IMG/VR virus record: IMGVR_UViG_3300017448_000013
Span: 1-40,857 of that record
Length of the DNA: 40,857 nt
Reading direction: 5' to 3' (one strand)
From: a virus
Taxonomy: Duplodnaviria > Caudoviricetes
The first letter of the stretch is position 1, and each line of letters opens with the position of its first letter. Under the pieces are notes generated by a model that was not told the origin of the DNA, made no database searches, and saw only the letters and a list, made by a program, of their open reading frames with translations. Below are positions 17,544 through 25,731 of the stretch, in pieces. The position numbers and the translations under genes are program-made.

Positions 17544-19172
17544 TTATTTCTTGACGGAATCGGCCAGCCCGGCCGGCTGATCCATGTGGCCGCCAGGGAA
17601 CGATTGATTGCCTGCAATATTAGGCACGCCGATCTTAGTAAATTTCACATTCGGAAATTCTTTTTCAAGCCGATTAGCAACATAGCCACCGCCAGAAAAT
17701 CCAACTACTTCTTTGATGCCGCCTTGTAGAAGTCTCTCTCTCGCTGCCTTCAATTGCGTTGCAGGTTTGTCGGCGGAGATATCGATACCCTCAAAACCTG
17801 AGCCTTTAGAATCGGCGTATCTTTTTATATGCCCTTTGATTTCATCAGGCGACTTGCCTTGATAGCGAGAATACATCCCCGGCAGGAATAAAACATTGTT
17901 GCCGCTAGACGTTCTTGCTGGTTTGCTAAAACTTCCTTTATACGACGGATCGGCCTGCATGTGCGGGTAGTCTATAAGCTCGCCGCGCCGGTTGCGCACT
18001 GGGAAGTGCAAACCAAACTCGGACGCGTGCTTGTCCAGCCAAAGATGGAACGGCCCCCTCGGGACGTCGGCTGCCTCGCCTGGAGTGCGCTCGTGTCGCG
18101 ACGTACCAGGAGGTGCTGCGATGGGGCCGCCGTGCTTGAACCTGTCGTAGTAGACAGCTTGGGTCGCATAGTCGCGATCCATCTCGCTGTAGCGCGCCTT
18201 TTGTCCAGTTTCGGCTTCGTATGCTCTGCCGGCCGCAGCCATCCTCGCCGCAAACTCTGGTTCTACACCGTGCGCCGCTCCGGGCGGATAGTTCTCATCC
18301 ATGTTGATAGTGGCGTGGGCGCCGCGCGATCTAAGGTACTCCAGGTCCGATTGATTAGAACTTGTATTAGCAAATGTCGATTCCGCTTTCGGTGTTTCGC
18401 CGGCACCAAGCCGAGTTATGCCGACAGGTTTTTGGTGCGACTCGCCCATTTCGTTCATGGTGCGAAGTATCTTGCCGGTTCCGTATCCGCCACGCTCGAA
18501 CATGAGCATGGCATTCGCGGCTTCCTGCGGAGTCTTCGCATTCCGCAGAGCATCGCCCGCCAGTTTCTCAGGTCCGCTTAATTCTTTGATCGCAAAATCT
18601 AACTGCCCTTCATAATCTGTAGGCAGACCGCCGCCAGCGCGTTGCCGAGAACCTGACCACTGGAAGATTCCGCGATGACCGCCGCCAACAGAGTTCTCGT
18701 CGGCTGGACCCTTGCCAGCCTCGACCCCTGCGGCAGTCGCGATCATTGCTCTAGCAGAGACTTCCGGGTAGCCGGCCGCCATTAGCTTTTTAATGCCGTG
18801 ATTGACGCGCTCGGCAGTCCACCAACCGCCGGTTCCCTTCGCCTGATTGCCGCCCTTCACGGCCGATTGCACGTCACCGACTGTGAAATGCTCCGGCTTC
18901 GCCGGCTCTGCCGATCCACGCGGTGTCAGATGCGGACGGAAGGTCGGGCCGTGCTTTTCAAGATGACTACTGCTCGTTCCATGCGTCGCGCCAAGGCGCC
19001 CATGATGACGCTGAGCCCCGCCCAACGCTCGTGCCGCTCCCGGACTTGCCGGCATGGCACCGAGACCGACGCTGGGTGGCAATCCTTCTCCTATCGGGAT
19101 TTCTTCGGACCAGGATAGGCTGAGATAGCCGACGACTGCACCGTCTACCATTATCGGTGCTCGATTTAACAT
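17544..19172 (-). CDS. Multi-domain virion-associated hydrolase: tail-lysozyme-like + M15 metallopeptidase + alpha/beta-hydrolase-like
   Basis: E...GIFQW.G.R...Q.DF...EL (lysozyme-like); R....Q...APPGTSRHE...AADV...HMQ (M15/VanY Zn peptidase); VVGFSGGG nucleophile elbow with late GGHM. Confidence 0.8.
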   Translation of the reverse strand: MLNRAPIMVDGAVVGYLSLSWSEEIPIGEGLPPSVGLGAMPASPGAARALGGAQRHHGRLGATHGTSSSHLEKHGPTFRPHLTPRGSAEPAKPEHFTVGDVQSAVKGGNQAKGTGGWWTAERVNHGIKKLMAAGYPEVSARAMIATAAGVEAGKGPADENSVGGGHRGIFQWSGSRQRAGGGLPTDYEGQLDFAIKELSGPEKLAGDALRNAKTPQEAANAMLMFERGGYGTGKILRTMNEMGESHQKPVGITRLGAGETPKAESTFANTSSNQSDLEYLRSRGAHATINMDENYPPGAAHGVEPEFAARMAAAGRAYEAETGQKARYSEMDRDYATQAVYYDRFKHGGPIAAPPGTSRHERTPGEAADVPRGPFHLWLDKHASEFGLHFPVRNRRGELIDYPHMQADPSYKGSFSKPARTSSGNNVLFLPGMYSRYQGKSPDEIKGHIKRYADSKGSGFEGIDISADKPATQLKAARERLLQGGIKEVVGFSGGGYVANRLEKEFPNVKFTKIGVPNIAGNQSFPGGHMDQPAGLADSVKK

Positions 19173-21068
19173 TTACGCCTGGTCCCGCGGATTCCAATCG
19201 TTCAACGTGTTGAATGCGACACCGTTAGAGCTTGAAGCGCTATCTGGAAGTTCATGCAGTTCGGCGATTTGCTGTTCAACCGCCCGAGCAAGTGTCGCAC
19301 CGTCTAGATTGAGCGCGGTATGGACAATGATTGCCTTCTTGTCTTGTGGCGGTGGCAGGAAAGACGAGTGCTGCTCTCTGGGCGCGCCATGACCGGCGGG
19401 GGCCTCGGGATGGGGAAGGCCACCATAATCCGGGTGTCCGGTAGGCGCGCTCGGTCCGATGCCCAAGAGTCCTCTAACTTGATTCCAAAGTCTGGCAATA
19501 AATCCCATGATTGCGTCAGCAACACCATTGAGTCCGCTACTCAGCGCATCAACGGCTTTGTTGAGAAGAGTCGGAAACGAATCAATTATTGAGTTGAAAT
19601 ACTGAGCGGCATTTGCGCCTTTATATATCGCATCACCGCCGGTACTATTATCATGTATCCACTTCAATGCCGCGCCAAACTGATTAAGTTCGGCCGTGGT
19701 TTCCTTCAAAGTTTTGACATCGATGCCGCTGGCCTTAGACAGAGACTCATAGAACTTATCTATATCGTCATGATTATAGGCTCGCGCGGCTGCGGTAAAT
19801 AAATCGATATGACGCCTGAAGCTATCAAGAAAATTAACGATAGTGCCTGCGTGATCTTCGCCGATGGCGGTGTAGAGATTTGTGATCGCCGAACTGATGT
19901 TGTTCAGGGCGACGGGGATGGAGTTCTGGCTGGTGGCGAGGGCCTCGCCAACGCCCTGGCCCTTCTCCAAGGTCCCCATTTCCGCCTGCAACTGCGGCAG
20001 GCTGCGGATAACGTCGGCCATTTCTCGCTGTGTGGTCGAGCGACCAAGAAACCTGAATAGCGCTAAAACTTGTTCCTGAATGCCTTTGATACCATGGTCC
20101 TCCATTGCCTTTTTAAGACGCTCACCCATTTTAATGGCATCGCCGCCCTCCAAAATTTTGGAGAGTTGTTTTTGCTCGTCTGGGTCAATTGTTATGGCGC
20201 CACCCCTGCTGGCATGCCATTTTCCCTTATGCAATAAGCCCAGTTCTTCTAGACCCTCAGCCTTCCTAGCAGTCATTGTACCGCCAGCAAACTGCTGGAA
20301 CAGCGACATCTGGGCAGTGCCGAACTTCGCGCCGCCCATCTGCTGCGCTAGGACAGCCGCGGCATATAGGCCGTGATTATCAACACCGGTAAACGCAGCA
20401 CCGCCCATCTGGGCTATCCCCAGCAATTGCTGCGGAGTGACGGCACCATGCGTACCGGTATTAATCTTGTTGGCGACATCCAAAAAATTCAGGAACTTAC
20501 CGACGTCCAACTCGCCTAACGTGTTCTGCATCTGCCCCAATTGCTCGGCAGAACGCACCAGGGCACGAATTGTTCTCTCTGTTTCTTCCGGACTTGATGT
20601 TTTGCCGTGTTTGAGCGCATTATTTTCAAAGACTTGCGCAAATTTCAACAGTTCAGGCATCACCTCGAAGGCTTCTTCGGGCTTGCGCGAAAACAGGTCG
20701 CGAATCGAACTATAGAGACCAGTGGCCTTGACCTCCGTCATGCCTGGAATTTTTATACTCTGATCGATGGCCATCCGCTTGACGCGGTCCATCTCGCCGG
20801 GCTTGAGACCCATCTGCTCAAGCTTCGACCACTCCTGCGTCAGATTGCCGGTATCTTTGACAATATCCTTGACCACCTTAGCGAAGGCGGCCAGACCGCC
20901 AGTGATGGCGATCGTGCCAAGCATCAGGCCCAGCCCATGAAATCTGCCGTGAATCTCGCCCGTCTTGGCATGGATACCGGTCAATTGACCCATGATGCCG
21001 GTCAAGCCCTGGACCAGAGTGCCCATAAGCTTCATCTCGACGCCAATTTCGTAAACTGTGACGGCCAA
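19173..21068 (-). CDS. Tape measure protein
   Basis: 631 aa helical Ala/Gly/Leu-rich protein downstream of the tail chaperone. C-terminal LNLDG..LA..V motif. TTG start with AGGGG RBS. Confidence 0.85.
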   Translation of the reverse strand: MAVTVYEIGVEMKLMGTLVQGLTGIMGQLTGIHAKTGEIHGRFHGLGLMLGTIAITGGLAAFAKVVKDIVKDTGNLTQEWSKLEQMGLKPGEMDRVKRMAIDQSIKIPGMTEVKATGLYSSIRDLFSRKPEEAFEVMPELLKFAQVFENNALKHGKTSSPEETERTIRALVRSAEQLGQMQNTLGELDVGKFLNFLDVANKINTGTHGAVTPQQLLGIAQMGGAAFTGVDNHGLYAAAVLAQQMGGAKFGTAQMSLFQQFAGGTMTARKAEGLEELGLLHKGKWHASRGGAITIDPDEQKQLSKILEGGDAIKMGERLKKAMEDHGIKGIQEQVLALFRFLGRSTTQREMADVIRSLPQLQAEMGTLEKGQGVGEALATSQNSIPVALNNISSAITNLYTAIGEDHAGTIVNFLDSFRRHIDLFTAAARAYNHDDIDKFYESLSKASGIDVKTLKETTAELNQFGAALKWIHDNSTGGDAIYKGANAAQYFNSIIDSFPTLLNKAVDALSSGLNGVADAIMGFIARLWNQVRGLLGIGPSAPTGHPDYGGLPHPEAPAGHGAPREQHSSFLPPPQDKKAIIVHTALNLDGATLARAVEQQIAELHELPDSASSSNGVAFNTLNDWNPRDQA

Positions 21069-21106
21069 GGTTTAACCCCTTATTTTCGCATAAGAATTTA
21101 GCGACC

Positions 21107-21135
21107 TTGTCGGCACAGCAGCGAGACATTATACT
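21107..21135 (+). promoter_or_regulatory. Sigma70-type promoter, probably producing leaderless mRNA
   Basis: TTGTCG, 17 nt, TATACT, then 6 nt to ATG 21142 with no RBS. Confidence 0.7.
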
Positions 21136-21141
21136 AAACTC

Positions 21142-21663
21142 ATGAGACTCTATGCGTTCGGCCCACGATTCTTCGGTCTTCGCCTCGGCGTCAGTTTTAA
21201 TTTGTCGAGGCTTTTCCAGCGCCGTCGCCAGATGCCCAGCGCAATAACGATCAATGGGCAGCCGTTCGTTTATGTCATCAAGGACGAGACCGGGCGCTGC
21301 AAAATCGGCAGCAGTGGCAATCCGTTACGGAGATTGACAGAATTGCAAACGGCATCGGCCTCGCCGCTGTCGTTAGCCTATGTCGGCGTTCCGGAGAGTG
21401 ATGATGGTGGAAAAATCGAGCGTGGCGCGCATGCCATTGCTGGCCATTATCGCGCCAGCGGCGAATGGTTCGTCTGTCCGGCCGAAGCCGCTATCGCCGC
21501 AGTTCATGTGGCGGCCGCAAATGCCGGAGAGAAGCTTTGCCAATTCACGCCGGCTATGATTGACGAGACCGTTCAGCGAACCGGCAAACCAGAATCAATG
21601 ATTGGCCGCTTTATCGTCGTCTTGGCCGTTCTGCTGGTGATTTATTTCGCCGCACGCTATTAA
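21142..21663 (+). CDS. GIY-YIG (T5orf172/MUG113-like) nuclease-domain protein with C-terminal transmembrane helix
   Basis: FVYVI......KIG.S.NP.RRL.ELQT...E...H......GEWF motifs. C-terminal FIVVLAVLLVIYFAA. Confidence 0.85.
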   Translation: MRLYAFGPRFFGLRLGVSFNLSRLFQRRRQMPSAITINGQPFVYVIKDETGRCKIGSSGNPLRRLTELQTASASPLSLAYVGVPESDDGGKIERGAHAIAGHYRASGEWFVCPAEAAIAAVHVAAANAGEKLCQFTPAMIDETVQRTGKPESMIGRFIVVLAVLLVIYFAARY

Positions 21664-22097
21664 GTCGCGCGCCCAATATATCCGCCGGCCGATCCGCCTA
21701 ATAGCCGTTCCAGCACGCCTTCTGCCACTGTAAGCGCGGCCTTTTTACCAACGTGCATGGCGGCGCCCATCAGAAATGATCGAGGTGGAATCCGGCTGGT
21801 GCCCAATTCATGCCAGACAGCTTTCTGGTTATCCGAGCCGATTTGCACCGAGTCGCCGACCACCTGATGCGAGATGGAATCCCGCATCTCGCCGGTTTCG
21901 AGCAGCGGCGTATCCGCCGACTTTCGCGCCAAGGTCGACTCGGCCAGCAGTTCCCAGCCGTAGTCATAAGTGCCGATGACGCGCTTGGCTTCCGTCTCGA
22001 TGATCTCGCCGCCACGATCCAAAGCGCGATGGCGCGCCGCCTCCATGGCAACGATCGTGCCGCCAAGATGCTGAGCAAATTGAAGCGCATTCATCAT
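21660..22097 (-). CDS. Neck/tail completion protein (HK97 gp10/Mu gpG-like)
   Basis: W..LAEST..RK...PLL.TGEMRDSI, HELGTSRIPPRSFL motifs. Confidence 0.85.
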   Translation of the reverse strand: MMNALQFAQHLGGTIVAMEAARHRALDRGGEIIETEAKRVIGTYDYGWELLAESTLARKSADTPLLETGEMRDSISHQVVGDSVQIGSDNQKAVWHELGTSRIPPRSFLMGAAMHVGKKAALTVAEGVLERLLGGSAGGYIGRAT

Positions 22098-22668
22098 CGT
22101 CGATCAAACCACTTCAATGTGTTCCAATTAAATTCTTGACCCGTTTCAATCTCACCGAAGATCACCGACCAAGCTGATAATTCCGGCTCTTCGAGACACC
22201 ACGCAACGTCAAATGGAACACCATTCTTGATTAACCAGAGGACTTTGCGATTATACGGCTCCTCGGCTATTTTTTTGCTTGATCGTTCACATCCAGCAGT
22301 TCGCCGTCGTCAGTTTCAGGCTTTGGCGGATTGAGTTTCAGCATGGCTTGCAGTGCCGCTGTCATACCAGGCTCATCGAGCTGATCCATGATCGAGTCCA
22401 GCTCGGCGCGATTACGCGGGAACATGATCGGATTATTGTCGATCTCGCGCACCGACGCCGCCAGCAACGGGATACCACGACGCGACATCCTGATCGGCTC
22501 GCCGTTCGGCCCGCTCATTTCGGTGTCGCCCTCCAAGCCTGGTGTCATTTCCGAAATCTTGATCTGCTGCGATGGCCGCAATCGACCAACACCAATGATG
22601 CGACCGAGGCTGTCAGCCTCCCGCTCGATATGCTTGTATTTGGCAAGATATTCTTGTGACGGCGTCAT
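22094..22668 (-). CDS. Tail assembly chaperone, extended form via predicted -1 frameshift (gpGT-like)
   Basis: A AAA AAA slippery run (22270-22276) before TAG. The -1 frame reads IAEEPYNRKVLWLIKNGVPFDVAW...WFDRR to TGA at 22094, overlapping the next ATG. Confidence 0.85.
22267..22668 (-). CDS. Tail assembly chaperone (gpG-like)
   Basis: Directly after the tail tube. AGGAGG RBS. Ends ...QAKK*. Confidence 0.85.
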   Translation of the reverse strand: MTPSQEYLAKYKHIEREADSLGRIIGVGRLRPSQQIKISEMTPGLEGDTEMSGPNGEPIRMSRRGIPLLAASVREIDNNPIMFPRNRAELDSIMDQLDEPGMTAALQAMLKLNPPKPETDDGELLDVNDQAKK

Positions 22669-22687
22669 CTTTTGCCTCCTAAAATGA

Positions 22688-23125
22688 TTACGCGATCTTG
22701 GTCTTATCCGATGCCATGGCTTCGAGTTTCAGCGTGACGACGGCCTCACGTTTAATGTCACCGTGGTCCGTAAGGAAGACAACGAGGTTAGTATACTGAT
22801 AGCGCGATACCGTACCATCGGCATTGTTTATGGTCTCGTTGAGATAACCAGGTGAAAGGACATTACCAGCATTGAAGTTCTGGCTGAACGTCACCATCAA
22901 ATCTTCCAGTGTGGATTTGTTGCGGGTGATGGTGAAATGAATTGCGTAGCCGTCAGGCACGTAGCCGTAGCGCGGCACCCCGTTGTATGGCGTCGTTTTG
23001 ATGTTATGCTTCTGGGCGGCGATGGTGACACTTTGCACATCACCTAGATCAATCAGCGCGCCGGCATTGCCGTCGTAGTAAGACAGGGTATAGTCTACCC
23101 CCGTGTTCATGGCATTCACCGGCAT
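22688..23125 (-). CDS. Tail tube protein
   Basis: 145 aa after the sheath. ETI.N.DG.VS.YQY motif. GAGGAG RBS. Confidence 0.88.
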   Translation of the reverse strand: MPVNAMNTGVDYTLSYYDGNAGALIDLGDVQSVTIAAQKHNIKTTPYNGVPRYGYVPDGYAIHFTITRNKSTLEDLMVTFSQNFNAGNVLSPGYLNETINNADGTVSRYQYTNLVVFLTDHGDIKREAVVTLKLEAMASDKTKIA

Positions 23126-23175
23126 GGCAGCAAACTCCTCAATTGATTTTTGGGGATGTCTGCGCTACACATGAC

Positions 23176-23237
23176 GAAGGCGCGTCATCGGTCAGGATGA
23201 CACGCCTTCTAATCACCCAACCGACTGGAGCGGCTAG
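23176..23237 (+). promoter_or_regulatory. Structured 5' leader of the HNH-AP2 gene (hairpin + TAATCACCCAACC + RBS mini-hairpin)
   Basis: Arms 23176-23189 and 23196-23209 pair at 13 of 14 positions. Same architecture at 32069-32130. Confidence 0.55.
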
Positions 23238-23786
23238 ATGACTGAGCGCAAGACTATCACTCAGGAATATTTGAAGTCGAGACTGAATTACGATCCCGAT
23301 ATGGGGATTTGGCGGTGGCTTCCAAAGCCGGAATTATCTCGCCACGACAGGGCTTGGAATAGTCGACGCGCCGGGAAAATTGCCGGCATGAGTGTGAAGC
23401 GGTATATTCAAATCAGAATAGACGGCACCGCTTATTATGCCCATCGCTTGGCGGTCATCTACATGCTTGGCCGCGACCCGAACGGCGACGTCGACCATAT
23501 CAATAGGAAGCGACATGATTGCCGATGGCGCAATCTAAGAGAAGCGCCATCGAGATCACACAATATGGTCAACGCCGGTAGGCGCGCGGACAACACCGGC
23601 GGACACCGCGGTATAACTTGGCGCGCCGGCCATTGGCTGTGGATTCCAGGACGTTGGCGCGCCACTGTTCAGTTCAGAGGGAAGATGCATCATCTCGGCT
23701 ATTTCAAAAATAAACAAGATGCTGTCACCGCCTATCGCAAGCGCGCCACCGAACTATTCGGCGAATATGCCAACTTTACTGAATAG
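23238..23786 (+). CDS. HNH homing endonuclease with AP2-like DNA-binding domain (antisense insertion between sheath and tube)
   Basis: YYAHRLA, VDHINR.RHD.RW.NLR, N..G.RGI.W and HLGYF....A..AY...A.ELFGEYA motifs. Confidence 0.92.
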   Translation: MTERKTITQEYLKSRLNYDPDMGIWRWLPKPELSRHDRAWNSRRAGKIAGMSVKRYIQIRIDGTAYYAHRLAVIYMLGRDPNGDVDHINRKRHDCRWRNLREAPSRSHNMVNAGRRADNTGGHRGITWRAGHWLWIPGRWRATVQFRGKMHHLGYFKNKQDAVTAYRKRATELFGEYANFTE

Positions 23787-25716
23787 TATTGGCCGAGGTC
23801 GCAAATTGCGTTGGCGATGGCGGAGTATTCTGTACATTCACAGTAACATTTCCGCCGCCTTGAAATTTTATAACGAAATAGCGAATAACATTTAAGTAAC
23901 GAACCTCCCAATACAAGAAAAGATACCCTAATGCTTGTAGATTTGGTGGGTTATTACTTAAATCGCATTGCACGAGCCATGGGATATCGATCATCCCGGC
24001 TCCATTGATACCCAAGCCAACTTGCGGTGAGGCGAGCTGAGCAGAGAGACCATCGAACAATGCCTTGGCATTAGCGCGGGTCTGATCGTTCGGCTGGATC
24101 GATTGCAGTTGACCGACGAATGATCCGGCCGCTTTCGATTGTGCGGTGCGGATCAAGAAATTCGTCATTCTGGTGTACTCGATCCCGTTGGCCGCGGTAT
24201 TCGAGGAAGCGTTGCGACCAGTGGCGAACGAATAGTAGAAACCACCAGGCGAACTTTGTGGACCCAGGATGGTATCGATACCACCGGTATTGATCTGCGA
24301 CAGTTCGACCTCGGAATAGGTCTGACCAAGCGTAGTGCGTTGCGTCGACGAGATTCCCTGCAACGGTTTGTTGAGTGGGCTTTGCTGCGGCGACAGATTA
24401 CCGAGGATGCCAATGCCAAAAGCAGCGGGACTTATCAGACGAGAGACGCCATTGAAGCTGTCATAGAACGTCGGATAGTCGCCGAGGATGTACCAGAACC
24501 ATGGTGAATCCACACCAGCGGAAATACGGGTTGCCAGAGCATTGGGGATGGTATCACCCAGCGTGCTGGCAAATACCGGCAGGCAGGTTTCCGACAGTCC
24601 AAAGGAAACGATGGCCGCATAATCCGCAATCGTCGAAAGATCGCAGAGCGTGAAGGCGTCGACATCTGCACTGCGTAACGCATACATGCCTTTACGCGGC
24701 AATACATCCTGACCCATGAGTGTGGCATCGGTGATGCCTGCGGCGCCATCGGTGCCGCCAGACAGCGTGACCGGCTGCGATAGCGGTGGGGCACCTGTAG
24801 CAGCACCAGCTGTGGCAACAAGGAATGCTGACTGACCATGATAAGCCGTGCCATTGTTGATGGCGGCGGCGAGGTTCACCCAGAACGTGTTACCTGTCCC
24901 ACTGACGTTGTTGAATTGTTCGGGAGACAATCCTGGGAAGGCATCATTGAACAGATAGCTTCCGGCCTGCGTACCGTACTGCACCGAGGCTTGAATTTGG
25001 TTGCCGAGGACACCGGTATACTTGGCGGTAAGAGTCAGCGCCGTAGTGGCGCCTCCCGCTAGCGTGGAACCAGATACGGTGGCGCCGGTAACAGTAGTCG
25101 CCAGCGTATAGGCATTGCCAGTGGTACCACTCAATACCGCATTGATCGTGAGGACCAGGCCGACCATCTGATAAGTACACTTGACCAGATTGACATCGGC
25201 CGCAGTGACCAGGAACGAAATAAGGGCGGCCAACGTGGCGGCCGTCGTGGCACCAATATTGACTTGGTTGCCAGTCGCCCCAGATGTCACGAACGTGATT
25301 GCGGTACCGGCGATCGTCAGGGTTTGCGAACTCGTCGGATTGGTGGTGAATGTCACCGTACCGGTCGCGCATGACGGGATCACGGCCGTCGCCGCAGCAT
25401 CGGTACCATCCGAAACGCGGACGCAGAGGAAGCCAATGGCACCGCCGACTTGACATGCCGCCGAGACATAACTGGCGATGTCGTATTTGTAGCCGACAGT
25501 CGGACGACTGGTCGGCGGACCGAGCTGTAATGCACAGTCAGTCGGCTTAGACACCGGGATCAGCGCGTTGAGCGGACCCCAAGAACCGGCACCAACAAGA
25601 CCCTCAACGTTTGTTGGAGTCCCGAGAAGAAAGGGAGTTGGTAAAATTATATCCCCGTACACGCCGGGGACGGTTAATGCGGCGAGGTTTTGTTGACCGT
25701 CGAGAAAGACTGGAAT
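23776..25716 (-). CDS. Tail sheath protein (start re-assigned to ATT at 25716)
   Basis: GLVG..SWGP, CVRVSDGTD, TAKYTG.LGN, LSGGTDG and NLSPQQSPLNKPL motifs. The frame extends upstream of GTG 25662 as IPVFLDGQQNLAALTVPGVY, behind a GAGGAG RBS. Confidence 0.9.
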   Translation of the reverse strand: MPVFLDGQQNLAALTVPGVYGDIILPTPFLLGTPTNVEGLVGAGSWGPLNALIPVSKPTDCALQLGPPTSRPTVGYKYDIASYVSAACQVGGAIGFLCVRVSDGTDAAATAVIPSCATGTVTFTTNPTSSQTLTIAGTAITFVTSGATGNQVNIGATTAATLAALISFLVTAADVNLVKCTYQMVGLVLTINAVLSGTTGNAYTLATTVTGATVSGSTLAGGATTALTLTAKYTGVLGNQIQASVQYGTQAGSYLFNDAFPGLSPEQFNNVSGTGNTFWVNLAAAINNGTAYHGQSAFLVATAGAATGAPPLSQPVTLSGGTDGAAGITDATLMGQDVLPRKGMYALRSADVDAFTLCDLSTIADYAAIVSFGLSETCLPVFASTLGDTIPNALATRISAGVDSPWFWYILGDYPTFYDSFNGVSRLISPAAFGIGILGNLSPQQSPLNKPLQGISSTQRTTLGQTYSEVELSQINTGGIDTILGPQSSPGGFYYSFATGRNASSNTAANGIEYTRMTNFLIRTAQSKAAGSFVGQLQSIQPNDQTRANAKALFDGLSAQLASPQVGLGINGAGMIDIPWLVQCDLSNNPPNLQALGYLFLYWEVRYLNVIRYFVIKFQGGGNVTVNVQNTPPSPTQFATSANTIQ

Positions 25717-25731
25717 GGCACGAACTCCTCT

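Noticed and set aside
8734-25716. Tailocin, eCIS or T6SS rather than phage
   Set aside because: Portal, protease-scaffold, capsid and neck genes are contiguous with the tail module.
25720-25722. Out-of-frame GTG just after the sheath RBS as the true start
   Set aside because: Only 3 nt from GAGGAG, and it opens a 15-codon frame ending in TAA; ATT has better spacing and the correct frame.
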